Origin: Candidatus Falkowbacteria bacterium
GTDB lineage: Bacteria > Patescibacteriota > Patescibacteriia > CAIXNZ01
Reading direction: 5' to 3'
Assembly (NCBI GenBank): GCA_016927685.1
Contig: JAFGMD010000012.1
Coordinates: 23,866-87,865 of the forward strand
DNA: 64,000 bases
Translations under genes and position numbers: made by a program
Shown here: positions 8,955 through 17,729 of the stretch, one piece after another
How the letters are laid out: each line of letters opens with the position of its first letter
How positions within the stretch are numbered: position 1 is the first letter of the stretch
Notes under the pieces: generated by a model
Seen by the model: the letters and a program-made list of their open reading frames with translations, nothing else
Told to the model about the DNA's origin: nothing
The model's database searches: none

Positions 8955-8990
8955 AATGGTCTTGTCAGTCAGGACCTTTTTTATTTAAAA
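8955..8990 (+). terminator. rho-independent terminator of tRNA unit
   Basis: ggtcttg tcagt caggacc followed by ttttttattt. Confidence 0.7.
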
Positions 8991-9009
8991 TGATATTATT
9001 AATTCAGAT

Positions 9010-10038
9010 ATGAAAAAAGAATTTAATTTAGAAAATTATAATTTCGATCTACCTAAAGAGTTGATCGCCCAAAAACCAGTATCCCCTGCTGATACTTGCC
9101 GACTCATGGTTTTGGACAGAAAAAGTCAGAAAATTATTGATGACAAATTTTTGAATTTGACAAAATATTTAAAAGCCGGTGATGTTTTAGTTTTTAATGA
9201 TTCCAAAGTTTTGCCTGCGCGTTTAAAAGGTAAAAAAGAAACTGGCGGCAAAGTGGAAATTTTATTGTTAAAACAAATTAAACAAAATACTTGGCAATGT
9301 TTAGTCGGCAATTTGTCCATTAAAAAACAATTGGGAATTAAATTATCATTTTCCAAAAAATTAAACGGACAAATTATCAAGCGCGAAAAAGATACGGCTC
9401 AAATAAAGTTTAATCTGTCTGGCCAGAAATTAATGGAGCAAATTTTAAAGATCGGCCAAATGCCAACTCCGCCCTACATCAAACGAATCGCCAAAGCAAA
9501 CGAGTACCAAACCTTTTTTGCCAAAAAACTTGGTTCAGCAGCTGCGCCAACGGCTGGACTGCATTTCACCCCAAGAATTTTTAAAAAACTTAAACAAATG
9601 AATGCGCAAATTGAATTTGTGACTTTGCATGTCGGTTTAGGAACTTTTCAGCCAATTAAAACTCCTGACATTACAAAATTTAAGATCCATGATGAATATT
9701 TTGAGCTGAATACAAAAACTGCTCATAACTTAAATTTGGCCAAAAAAGAAAAACGCAGAATTATTGCAGTTGGCACTACCAGCACAAGAGTTTTAGAAAG
9801 CTGTACTAGTAATAAAAAATTAAAAGCCAAAAAAGGATTTACTAAAATTTATATTTATCCGGGCTATAAATTTAAATTTATTGACGGCCTTATTACAAAT
9901 TTTCATATACCAAAATCTTCGCTAATACTTTTAGTTTCGGCCTTTGCTAGAAAAAAATTTATTGATAAAGCGTATAAACACGCTATTCAAAAAAAATACA
10001 GATTTTTTTCTTTCGGCGATGTCATGTTAATAAAATAA
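9010..10038 (+). CDS. queA: S-adenosylmethionine:tRNA ribosyltransferase-isomerase
   Basis: N-terminal YNFDLPKELIAQKPVSPADTCRLMVL matches the conserved QueA start, 342 aa. Confidence 0.85.
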   Translation: MKKEFNLENYNFDLPKELIAQKPVSPADTCRLMVLDRKSQKIIDDKFLNLTKYLKAGDVLVFNDSKVLPARLKGKKETGGKVEILLLKQIKQNTWQCLVGNLSIKKQLGIKLSFSKKLNGQIIKREKDTAQIKFNLSGQKLMEQILKIGQMPTPPYIKRIAKANEYQTFFAKKLGSAAAPTAGLHFTPRIFKKLKQMNAQIEFVTLHVGLGTFQPIKTPDITKFKIHDEYFELNTKTAHNLNLAKKEKRRIIAVGTTSTRVLESCTSNKKLKAKKGFTKIYIYPGYKFKFIDGLITNFHIPKSSLILLVSAFARKKFIDKAYKHAIQKKYRFFSFGDVMLIK

Positions 10039-10079
10039 ACAGCTTTGAAAAATGATTTAATAACAGTTATAATTAAATT

Positions 10080-11597
10080 ATGATGTTAAATGAAAAACAG
10101 CAAAAATTAATTGCAGATTTTCTTAAGGATTTTAATAAAAATCCTGATTTTAAATTTGTCCAAAAACTGCAAAAGAAATTCAAAGAAGGAGAAGTTTATC
10201 TTGTTGGCGGTAAAGTACGCGACATTTTATTGGAAAAAACTTCTTATGATTATGATTTTGTTATCAGGAAAGTTGAACCCAAAGAGTTAGAAAAGTTTTT
10301 AGCCAAAGAAGGCGAAGTAAATTTTGTGGGTAAGTCATTTGGTGTTTTTAAATTCGTACCTAAAAATTACAAAGGCCTTGAGCCAATTGATATTGCTCTG
10401 CCCAGAACTGAACAGTCATTTATGACTGGCGGTTATAAAGATTTTGATGTGCAATCAGACGCCGCTTTGCCAATTGAGAAAGATTTGCAAAGACGCGACT
10501 TCACGATTAACGCGATGGCATTAAATTTAAAAACCAGCGAATTAATTGATCCATATAACGGGCTGGAAGATTTAAAAAATAAAACTATTAAAACCGTAGG
10601 AAATCCCAAAGAAAGATTCCAAGAGGATTACACCAGAATGCTGCGCGCCATTCGCTTTTCAGTACAATTATATTTTAAAATTGAAAAAAATACTTATCTG
10701 ACCGTCCAAAACAATGCGGCTAAAATTAGGACCATGAGCATGGAAAGAATCAACGAGGAATTTACCAAAATAGTATTATCACCCAATGCCGAATTTGGCC
10801 TGGAATTACTGCAAAAATCCAATTTATTAAAATATATTATACCTGAACTGGAAGAGGGCGTAGGCGTCTCCCAAAACAAGGCTCATATCTATAGCGTTTT
10901 TACTCATAGTGTCAAAGCCTTGGGCTTTGCGGCTCAAAGAAATTATAATTTAAATGTTCGTCTGGCTGCCCTACTTCACGACATAGCTAAGCCCATGGTT
11001 AAAAAAGGTGAAGGTCCAGATAGCACTTTTTATAATCATGATATTGTGGGTGGAAAAATCGCCAGAAAAATTTTAGCGCGCTTAAAATATCCAAATGATA
11101 TTGTAAATAAAGTGGCGCATTTAGTTCGCTACCATATGTTTTTTTATTCTATCGGCGAAATTACTGATGCGGCTATCCGCCGACTCTTGGTTAGAATTGG
11201 CAAAGATAATATTAATGAAGCAATCCAGCTACGTATCTGTGATCGTTTGGGTATGGGCAGACCAAAAGCCAAGCCATATAAATTAATGGAGTTGGAAAAA
11301 AGATTACATGAAGTGCAAATGGATCCCATTTCAGTTAAAATGTTAAAAATTGACGGCCTGGAATTAATGAAAATTTTAAACATGAAGCCTGGTCCTAAAA
11401 TCGGTTTACTTTTAAATGCGCTCTTATCAGAAGTTTTAGAAAACCCGAAAAAGAATACTAAGCCAAATTTGACTAAACGCTTAAAAGAGTTAAACAAATT
11501 ATCTGATACGGAATTAAAAAATATGTCCCCTGATATTGATAGATACGAAGAAGCTAAAAAACGCGAGTATTTTTCTAAATTAAAGTGGGTGGAATAG
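10080..11597 (+). CDS. cca: CCA-adding tRNA nucleotidyltransferase with HD domain
   Basis: Pol-beta nucleotidyltransferase head (LVGGKVRDILL) and HD motif (LLHDIAKP). Consistent with local tRNAs lacking encoded CCA. Confidence 0.8.
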   Translation: MMLNEKQQKLIADFLKDFNKNPDFKFVQKLQKKFKEGEVYLVGGKVRDILLEKTSYDYDFVIRKVEPKELEKFLAKEGEVNFVGKSFGVFKFVPKNYKGLEPIDIALPRTEQSFMTGGYKDFDVQSDAALPIEKDLQRRDFTINAMALNLKTSELIDPYNGLEDLKNKTIKTVGNPKERFQEDYTRMLRAIRFSVQLYFKIEKNTYLTVQNNAAKIRTMSMERINEEFTKIVLSPNAEFGLELLQKSNLLKYIIPELEEGVGVSQNKAHIYSVFTHSVKALGFAAQRNYNLNVRLAALLHDIAKPMVKKGEGPDSTFYNHDIVGGKIARKILARLKYPNDIVNKVAHLVRYHMFFYSIGEITDAAIRRLLVRIGKDNINEAIQLRICDRLGMGRPKAKPYKLMELEKRLHEVQMDPISVKMLKIDGLELMKILNMKPGPKIGLLLNALLSEVLENPKKNTKPNLTKRLKELNKLSDTELKNMSPDIDRYEEAKKREYFSKLKWVE

Positions 11598-11690
11598 CGC
11601 CTCTGTCTTTAAGTCATTCAGAGCGTAGCGAAGAATCCATCACGGTCATAGATTCCTCGACAAGCTCGGAATGACAGAGGCGGTTTTTTA
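11598..11690 (+). repeat. ~87-nt near-perfect hairpin followed by TTTTTT (giant terminator or MITE/REP-like palindrome)
   Basis: cgcctctgtc...gtcattcagagc...cgaagaatc | loop | gattcctcg...gctcggaatgac...gacagaggcg. Only about 2 mismatches over ~35 bp per arm. Confidence 0.6.
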
Positions 11691-11716
11691 GCCCATTTCC
11701 CTATTCCTTTTAAACT

Positions 11717-12634
11717 ATGCAATTTCAAATTAAACCTGAAAATTCAAACGTACGCCTTGATAAATTTCTGACAGCAGAATTAAAAATTTCCCGCAGTAAA
11801 ATTCAGAAGCTTATTAAAGACGGAAAAATTACACTTAACGGCGGAAAAGTTACGCCGCATTTTTTTCTGCGTGCCAATGATAAAATTAATATCAATGCCA
11901 AAGATATTAAAATTGAAAATAAAACAAAAGAAATAAAGCCCAATAAAAAAGTAAAATATAATATTGTTTTTGAAGATGATAATATTATGGTTATTGACAA
12001 GCCGTCAGGACTTTTGGTCCATCCCACTGACAAAATAGAAAAAGATACCTTGGTTAACGGTTTAATCACTTATTATCCAAAACTAAAAAAAATCGGTGAA
12101 GATCCCCTGCGTCCGGGCATTGTCCATCGTTTAGATAAAGATGTTTCAGGCCTGATGCTGGTTTGTAAAACGCAAAAAGCTTTTGCATATTTTAAAAAGC
12201 AATTTCAAGACCGTAAAGTTAAAAAAATTTACACTGCTTTGGTTCACAATCCTATGGAAAGAATGGAGGGCACTATTGATTTACCATTGGAGCGTTCTGA
12301 AAAAGGCAAAATGTTAGTTAAGACAAAAGATCAAGGCGGCAAAGAAGCAATTACCAAATATACCGTCATTAAACAATTCCAAAATTTTTCTTTATTAGAA
12401 GTGCAGATCGAAACAGGACGTACGCATCAAATCAGGACACATTTTAATTTCTTAAATCATCCCATTGTCGGCGACAAGCTTTATCAGCAAAAAAAAGTTA
12501 AAGCCAATATAAAGTTGGATAGGCCATTTTTACACTCAACAAAACTTGGCTTTAAAAATTTAGATGGCAAGTATGTGGAATTTGAATCAAAACTGCCGCT
12601 TAAATTAAACAAAATTTTAAAACAAATAAAATAA
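11717..12634 (+). CDS. RluA/RluD-family rRNA pseudouridine synthase
   Basis: N-terminal S4-like region, VIDKPSGLLVHPT and HRLDKDVSG catalytic motif. Confidence 0.85.
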   Translation: MQFQIKPENSNVRLDKFLTAELKISRSKIQKLIKDGKITLNGGKVTPHFFLRANDKININAKDIKIENKTKEIKPNKKVKYNIVFEDDNIMVIDKPSGLLVHPTDKIEKDTLVNGLITYYPKLKKIGEDPLRPGIVHRLDKDVSGLMLVCKTQKAFAYFKKQFQDRKVKKIYTALVHNPMERMEGTIDLPLERSEKGKMLVKTKDQGGKEAITKYTVIKQFQNFSLLEVQIETGRTHQIRTHFNFLNHPIVGDKLYQQKKVKANIKLDRPFLHSTKLGFKNLDGKYVEFESKLPLKLNKILKQIK

Positions 12635-12701
12635 TTATTCCCTGCTTTAGCAGGCCAACACAAAGATCGATTAAGGCCCACTAAAGTGGGGCATAAAATT
12701 T

Positions 12702-13301
12702 ATGAACAAAATTATAATAATTTCTGGCCCGGTCGCAGTCGGCAAAACAACAGTTGCTAAAGCCATTATGCGAAAAATGCCTTTCTTGCAAAAAGCAGTT
12801 TCTTTTACCACTAGAAAAAAACGAGCTGGCACTGCCGAAGACAAAATAATGAAATATGTGACGGTGCCTGAATTTCAGAAGAAAATAAAAAGAGGCGACT
12901 TTATTGAATGGGCCATTGTGCATGACCAATATTATGGGACAGATAAAAATGTTCTTGCTAATTTACTAAAAAAAGGACCAGTTCTATTAAATATTGATAC
13001 ACAAGGAGCCTTAATTTTAAAGAAAAAATTATCTAATATTGTCTTAATTTTTATTCGGCCTGAATCACTGGAGATATTAAAAAAACGGTTAATTAAGCGC
13101 TCAAAAGGCCAAATTGACCATAGAGATTTCCAAGTCAGAATCAATAATGTCAAAAAAGAGCTAAAATACACCAAATATTACGATTACCAGGTTATTAATA
13201 AAGAGGGAGAATTAGCCAAAACACTGTCACAAGTCAGCAAAATTATTCAAAAAGAACTCATCACGCCTATGGCGGATTCCGCCAAAGGAGGAAAATCTTG
13301 A
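12702..13301 (+). CDS. gmk: guanylate kinase
   Basis: P-loop ISGPVAVGKTT, TTR...R, and EFQKKIKRGDFIEWAIVHDQYYGT pattern. Confidence 0.85.
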   Translation: MNKIIIISGPVAVGKTTVAKAIMRKMPFLQKAVSFTTRKKRAGTAEDKIMKYVTVPEFQKKIKRGDFIEWAIVHDQYYGTDKNVLANLLKKGPVLLNIDTQGALILKKKLSNIVLIFIRPESLEILKKRLIKRSKGQIDHRDFQVRINNVKKELKYTKYYDYQVINKEGELAKTLSQVSKIIQKELITPMADSAKGGKS

Positions 13302-13371
13302 CGAAAATATTAATTTAAGCTAAACTAAATCTACAATCCATTTCCGGATTTTTATTTTTTACAGCAAATAT

Positions 13372-13731
13372 ATGGCTACGGCAAAAAAATCAGACAAACA
13401 AATACTTACCTTGGACCAAATCCAGCCTGGCATGGTTGTTCGTGTTCATCAAAAAATTAAGGATATTACGGCCAAAGGCGAGGAAAAAGAAAGAATTCAG
13501 ATTTACGAAGGCCTGGTTATTGCCAAAAAGCATGGCATTGGACCGAGCGCAACAATTACTGTCCGTAAAATTAGTGAGGGCATCGGCGTGGAAAGGATAT
13601 TTCCAATACACTCTCCCCTAATTGATAAAATAGAACTTGTTGATACTAAGGTAACCAGAAAATCAAAACTTTATTACACCAGAGATTATTCCAAGAGACT
13701 AAAATCAATTTCAGAAAAAAAATCTAAATAG
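13372..13731 (+). CDS. rplS: 50S ribosomal protein L19
   Basis: 119 aa. RIQIYEGLVIAKKHGIGPSATITVRKISEGIGVERIFPIHSP matches the bL19 core. Confidence 0.9.
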   Translation: MATAKKSDKQILTLDQIQPGMVVRVHQKIKDITAKGEEKERIQIYEGLVIAKKHGIGPSATITVRKISEGIGVERIFPIHSPLIDKIELVDTKVTRKSKLYYTRDYSKRLKSISEKKSK

Positions 13732-13735
13732 AAAA

Positions 13736-13763
13736 AGACGAGGTTAAAAACCTCGTCTTTTTA
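13736..13763. terminator. bidirectional terminator (agacgagg ttaaaaa cctcgtct + T-run)
   Basis: Perfect 8-bp stem with flanking A/T runs. Sits between rplS and the convergent small-membrane-protein operon. Confidence 0.75.
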
Positions 13764-13929
13764 ATTTTAACTTTGCCTTAATATATTGCGAAAACTTAAT
13801 AAGCAAATAAGTTAATGGCACTCCTATGGCGAAGAAATGCTTTTCGCTAGTTGCCCCGGCAATCACAAAGGCAACAATAAAACAAATAATTTCAATTGGC
13901 ACCCTGGGTGCAGGCTTATAATAGTCCAT
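13744..13929 (-). CDS. small membrane protein (~61 aa from MMDYYKPAP...)
   Basis: The ORF-track GTG start overlaps the upstream gene. An internal ATG-ATG is preceded by GGAGG. One TM helix. Confidence 0.45.
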   Translation of the reverse strand: MDYYKPAPRVPIEIICFIVAFVIAGATSEKHFFAIGVPLTYLLIKFSQYIKAKLKLKRRGF

Positions 13930-13942
13930 CATTACCTCCTTT

Positions 13943-14182
13943 TCATAAAAATGGACTTTCGGGACGATAATATAGATAGAAAAATAGACACAGAAAAACG
14001 AAATAACCACTCACTACGGTTAAAGGTGAAAGTGCCCAAGGGGCAAATAAAGTACTGATGGTAAATAATAATGCCACTACACCAAGGCCAAACCACAGTT
14101 TTCTCAAATTTTTGTTATTTTTTATTGATTCTTTATTTTTTTTCCATCCTTCATCCATTTTAGTCTCCTTTTTAATCTTCAA
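13943..14182 (-). CDS. small membrane protein (79 aa, 2 TM)
   Basis: ORF only. Overlaps the upstream gene by 11 nt. Confidence 0.45.
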   Translation of the reverse strand: MKIKKETKMDEGWKKNKESIKNNKNLRKLWFGLGVVALLFTISTLFAPWALSPLTVVSGYFVFLCLFFYLYYRPESPFL

Positions 14183-14384
14183 ATTTGTTTAATATCCAAT
14201 CAAGGCAGAGTTTGATTAAAAACAGCGCAAACGCGACTACAAAGATAAATGATATTGCATTTTTATTTAGCGCGTCCGGTCTGACAAAAATTGCAAGAAT
14301 AAGACAACAAAGCATTGCTAAAATGCTAAAGGGCATAATAAATGAACCAATAAATTTATAAAATTCAAAAATCGCTTTTTTCAT
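14172..14384 (-). CDS. small membrane protein (70 aa, 2 TM)
   Basis: ORF only. ATGA start/stop overlap with the upstream gene. Confidence 0.45.
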   Translation of the reverse strand: MKKAIFEFYKFIGSFIMPFSILAMLCCLILAIFVRPDALNKNAISFIFVVAFALFLIKLCLDWILNKFED

Positions 14385-15103
14385 TTTTTGCCCTCTTTTG
14401 GAATCTTGACCCTAAACACAAGCGAACCAGCTTTATACCATCCTGGATCTCGATCTTTATCACCCACAACTCTAATTACCGTAACTGGCAAGAGAACCAT
14501 TTTCCCATGAGAGATTAATCTTACGGACAAATCTCCCAATATACCCTCCTCTTGCCCAGCTTCTCTCTTGGGGATGCCTTTCTTCTGAAAATCAACTGGT
14601 GGATATATTGCTTTACCATAATGATTAGGCAAATAACCTATTGCGTTAATATGAATATAAAAAAAGCAATAACCTTTAGCTTTGGCCAGTTCGTCCAAAT
14701 ATCCAGTAAAAGAATTAATTGGCACATCAGTATTGTGCATGTTTGAATAAATGCTATCGTCGGCTGGATCAAAACAGTCTCCTCTTACATACCACCACCC
14801 AGGGTACCCGTGGCGTTCCGAATTCAATTTCACCTGAAAAAATAAATAATCTTTATCTGGCGCTTGTTCATGACTACTAGCAGGCGTCTGCACTTCGATT
14901 CTTGGTTTTTTTATATCAATTGAATAATTTTTATCTGGCACCTGCTCATTATTACTAATGGGCGCCCGTATTTCATTTCTGGGCATCTTTATATGAATGT
15001 CAGATATAATGAAAAAAATAGTATAAAATGTAATGCTCGCAAAAATAATTATGAATGTTATTCTGCATGTGGGCCTTTTACCAATACCAGTATTTTCCCT
15101 CAT
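14381..15103 (-). CDS. membrane-anchored hypothetical protein with internal tandem repeat
   Basis: GGGAGG SD. N-terminal TM. Duplicated segment APISNNEQVPDKNY / TPASSHEQAPDKDY. C-terminal domain has no recognisable match. Confidence 0.55.
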   Translation of the reverse strand: MRENTGIGKRPTCRITFIIIFASITFYTIFFIISDIHIKMPRNEIRAPISNNEQVPDKNYSIDIKKPRIEVQTPASSHEQAPDKDYLFFQVKLNSERHGYPGWWYVRGDCFDPADDSIYSNMHNTDVPINSFTGYLDELAKAKGYCFFYIHINAIGYLPNHYGKAIYPPVDFQKKGIPKREAGQEEGILGDLSVRLISHGKMVLLPVTVIRVVGDKDRDPGWYKAGSLVFRVKIPKEGKK

Positions 15104-15276
15104 TCTTTCCTCCCTTGTTTTTAGTATTCATCAAACCTTATCCTTATTTTATTGTCAAAGTTCTATCTGAATTCCAAATTATAGCATTACTCTGCAATAT
15201 TGTCAATGTTATTATAATTATTTTTTACCTTAAATTAGTGATTTTAGCCATATTTTAATTATTTTTATCAAAAATA

Positions 15277-15305
15277 TTGACAAATTTATCAATAATTGCT
15301 ATACT
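15277..15305 (+). promoter_or_regulatory. consensus sigma70 promoter (TTGACA-N17-TATACT) with ~90-nt leader
   Basis: ttgacaaatttatcaataattgcTATACT. The leader contains small hairpins caca-ctttaa-tgtg and tactt-cgacact-aagta. Confidence 0.55.
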
Positions 15306-15402
15306 ATATATATGAACTAACTGATCCCTGCTTTGGGTTACACACTTTAATGTGCGACAGCCATACTTCGACACTAAAGTATCAAAGTCGTAAAAAATTT
15401 AT

Positions 15403-16143
15403 ATGAACGAACAATTAACAAAACTGTTGCAAGATGCAGGATTTACAGAAAAAGAGGCCCTAATCTACATTGCCCTCTCTGAGCTTGGCAGTGGTTCAGT
15501 TACTCAAATAGCTGAACGAGCCAAACTTAAAAGATCAATCGTCTATTTGATTTTAGAAAGCTTAATTAAAAGAGGCTATGCTTCCGTTATCCCCGATACT
15601 AAAATTAATCGATATATAGCAATTGACCCGACTAAAATTTTTCAGGACTTAAAAAATATAACTGCAAATTTTAAAGAGTCTTTGCCTGCTTTATTAGCCA
15701 TTTTTAACCAATCAATCTGGAAGCCTAAAATAAATTATTTTGAGGGCAAAGAAGAAATAAGAAATGTCTACAGACAGACGGAATCGGCTAGAGAGGCATA
15801 TTATATTAGTAATGCCGAAGCGATTACTAAATATATGCCGGAAGAAATTGAACATTGGATTGATTATTTCCAAAATAAAATACCCACCTCTTATAAGTGC
15901 CAGCAAATTTTATCTAATACTCCCGATGACCATAGTTTTGCAGAAAAAGCGCAGCGTAAAAATGTGCAATTTAAATTTTTGCCCAAAGGATTAACTCTGG
16001 ATATGGATATTTCTTTATTTGATAATAAAGTTGCCTTAACTTCTTTGAAAGACCATCTTTTTCTTGTTGTTATTGAATCAAAGGCTTTTTATAATTCCAT
16101 GAAAACTATTTTTGATTTACTTTGGAAACAGGGAGTGAAATAA
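15403..16143 (+). CDS. TrmB-family transcriptional regulator
   Basis: N-terminal wHTH FTEKEALIYIALSELGSGSVTQIAERAKLKRSIVYLILESLIKRGYAS, typical of TrmB. Confidence 0.7.
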   Translation: MNEQLTKLLQDAGFTEKEALIYIALSELGSGSVTQIAERAKLKRSIVYLILESLIKRGYASVIPDTKINRYIAIDPTKIFQDLKNITANFKESLPALLAIFNQSIWKPKINYFEGKEEIRNVYRQTESAREAYYISNAEAITKYMPEEIEHWIDYFQNKIPTSYKCQQILSNTPDDHSFAEKAQRKNVQFKFLPKGLTLDMDISLFDNKVALTSLKDHLFLVVIESKAFYNSMKTIFDLLWKQGVK

Positions 16144-16144
16144 A

Positions 16145-16175
16145 TAAAAAAGTCCCGCTACGCGGGACTTTTAAT
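16145..16175. terminator. bidirectional terminator (gtcccgc tac gcgggac)
   Basis: 7-bp GC stem with flanking A and T runs. Confidence 0.7.
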
Positions 16176-16177
16176 TT

Positions 16178-16792
16178 TTAATGCTCGTAAATTAATCTGA
16201 CGGAAACTATTTCTCCATCTATTGATGGCGACCAGTCATAGGCTGTCCAAATTTTCCAATTGCCAAGTCCAATATGCGGTCCTAAGGCAAATTCGCTTAA
16301 TTCCCCTTCCTCGGCATTGCCAAAAAGCTCCATGCTGACGCCAAAATTGACATCGTCTTTTAGGGCGCGGTTGTATTCTGTCCAAAAATAAAATTGATAA
16401 GGAAAAACATCAACCGGGATATAATAGCCACCTTCTACGAAAATGTTATTCACATCTTCATTGCCCCAATAATAATCTGCCCAAACTGAAGCTGTAATAG
16501 CCATCCCGCCACCTGTTTCATTTAATGTGCCGGCTAAAAGCCAAAGTGTCAAATCATCAGATATATTGAACTGGGGTCCAAAATAAGTGAATAAGGCGTT
16601 ATAACCATCAAGCGTGCCGAAAAGATCAACTGCGCCTAAGAGCGAATTTTTCTTTTCGCCAAATTCAAGAAATTCGTGTTTCAAGGTGATATCGTATTGG
16701 CCTTCATAAGTCAGTTCATCTTCTTCGCTGGAAAAGGCCCTTGCTGGCATGAGTAAAAAAAACAGAAACAGTACTGCCAAGAGTCTTTTCAT
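16178..16792 (-). CDS. secreted aromatic/beta-rich hypothetical protein (signal peptide ...PARA|FS)
   Basis: Cleavable signal peptide and alternating aromatic pattern. Codon composition is visibly GC-richer than neighbouring genes. Confidence 0.55.
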   Translation of the reverse strand: MKRLLAVLFLFFLLMPARAFSSEEDELTYEGQYDITLKHEFLEFGEKKNSLLGAVDLFGTLDGYNALFTYFGPQFNISDDLTLWLLAGTLNETGGGMAITASVWADYYWGNEDVNNIFVEGGYYIPVDVFPYQFYFWTEYNRALKDDVNFGVSMELFGNAEEGELSEFALGPHIGLGNWKIWTAYDWSPSIDGEIVSVRLIYEH

Positions 16793-16863
16793 TTTCTTCC
16801 TCCTTTATTTATAAAATTACCAGATGCTTCATCTTAACAAATATAAAAAATTTGTCAATAGAA

Positions 16864-16898
16864 AAAGCCCGCCTGGTAAAAACCAAAGCGGGCTTTGT
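16864..16898 (-). terminator. terminator (agcccgc ... gcgggct)
   Basis: Stem-loop with T-run on the minus strand, just downstream of the 16904 stop. Confidence 0.6.
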
Positions 16899-16903
16899 TT
16901 GAG

Positions 16904-17530
16904 CTAAAGGTTAAATTTTCGATGAGCTAATATACAAGTCTTGCCATGCCAAAGTTCGTCTTCATAGGGATAAAGTTCAAGAATGCGATCGTTCTCGTAT
17001 TGGACTGAAATATTGGTCTCATGTCGGCACGAACAGACATAACGGAAATCATCACCGACAGTCAAGGCCGATTTAAGGGCATAAATCCGGATCTCTGCTC
17101 GCCTCATTATCGGATAAGTCGCATCGAACATGAGTAGCTCCGAAATTTCAGAGGCCTCAAAGCCCAAAATATCCAACTGCTCCAAAATTTTCTTGGGTAC
17201 CCTGACGGATTTGTGGAAATGAACCAAAAACAGCTCTCTGCCATAAAAGTATCCCTTTCCTTCAAGTGAAAAGTGTTCTTCGGTGATATTATCATTAACA
17301 AAGTCGTAATTCCCAGACTTAATCATTTTAGCTAGCGGTACATAGCTAAATAAATTGCTAACTTCATAGGGTCCGCTTACTTCGATACTCCTAATGAGGC
17401 ACGAAATTTTAAAGGCCAATTTCTTATCCTTGCGCAAATTCGTAAGGTGTTCGCGCGTGACGCCCAGATGTGCCAACGCTTCAAGCGTTGATACCATCTC
17501 GCTGGAAGGTAATTCTTGCAGTAGTCCCAT
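16904..17530 (-). CDS. hypothetical cytoplasmic protein (208 aa) with C/H cluster (CSCRH...HGKTCILAH)
   Basis: AGGAGG SD 8 nt upstream. GC-richer than the local genome background. Confidence 0.55.
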   Translation of the reverse strand: MGLLQELPSSEMVSTLEALAHLGVTREHLTNLRKDKKLAFKISCLIRSIEVSGPYEVSNLFSYVPLAKMIKSGNYDFVNDNITEEHFSLEGKGYFYGRELFLVHFHKSVRVPKKILEQLDILGFEASEISELLMFDATYPIMRRAEIRIYALKSALTVGDDFRYVCSCRHETNISVQYENDRILELYPYEDELWHGKTCILAHRKFNL

Positions 17531-17650
17531 TTCTGGTCCTCCTTTTTGCCCTACTTAAAGGGCGGCTGTGGCTCGCCCCGCATTATGGGCTCGCCGTTGC
17601 CCGAGTTCGTCGGGTCGCGAAATTTCCCCAATATACAAATTCGATGTTTA
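17531..17650 (-). promoter_or_regulatory. GC-rich structured 5' leader (candidate cis-regulatory RNA) with 10-codon uORF
   Basis: Minus-strand promoter TTGACA-N17-TATTAT at 17658-17686. The leader is roughly 55-60% GC by eye. Hairpin cccga-cgaac-tcggg and direct repeat GGCGAGCC x2. uORF AUG CGG GGC GAG CCA CAG CCG CCC UUU AAG UAG at 17551-17583. Confidence 0.45.
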
Positions 17651-17702
17651 ATAAATAATAATATAATATTCTATAAAATCTGTCAATGCTGACAACATAA
17701 AA

Positions 17703-17727
17703 ATCAGCCCCGCGACGCGGGGCTGAT
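17703..17727. terminator. bidirectional terminator (cagccccgcg acg cgcggggctg)
   Basis: 10-bp GC stem flanked by A and T runs, downstream of uvrA. Confidence 0.8.
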
Positions 17728-17729
17728 TT

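Noticed and set aside
17470-17658. Plus-strand 62-aa ORF across the GC-rich leader.
   Set aside because: It overlaps the start and SD of the minus-strand gene and has no SD. The region reads better as a 5' UTR.
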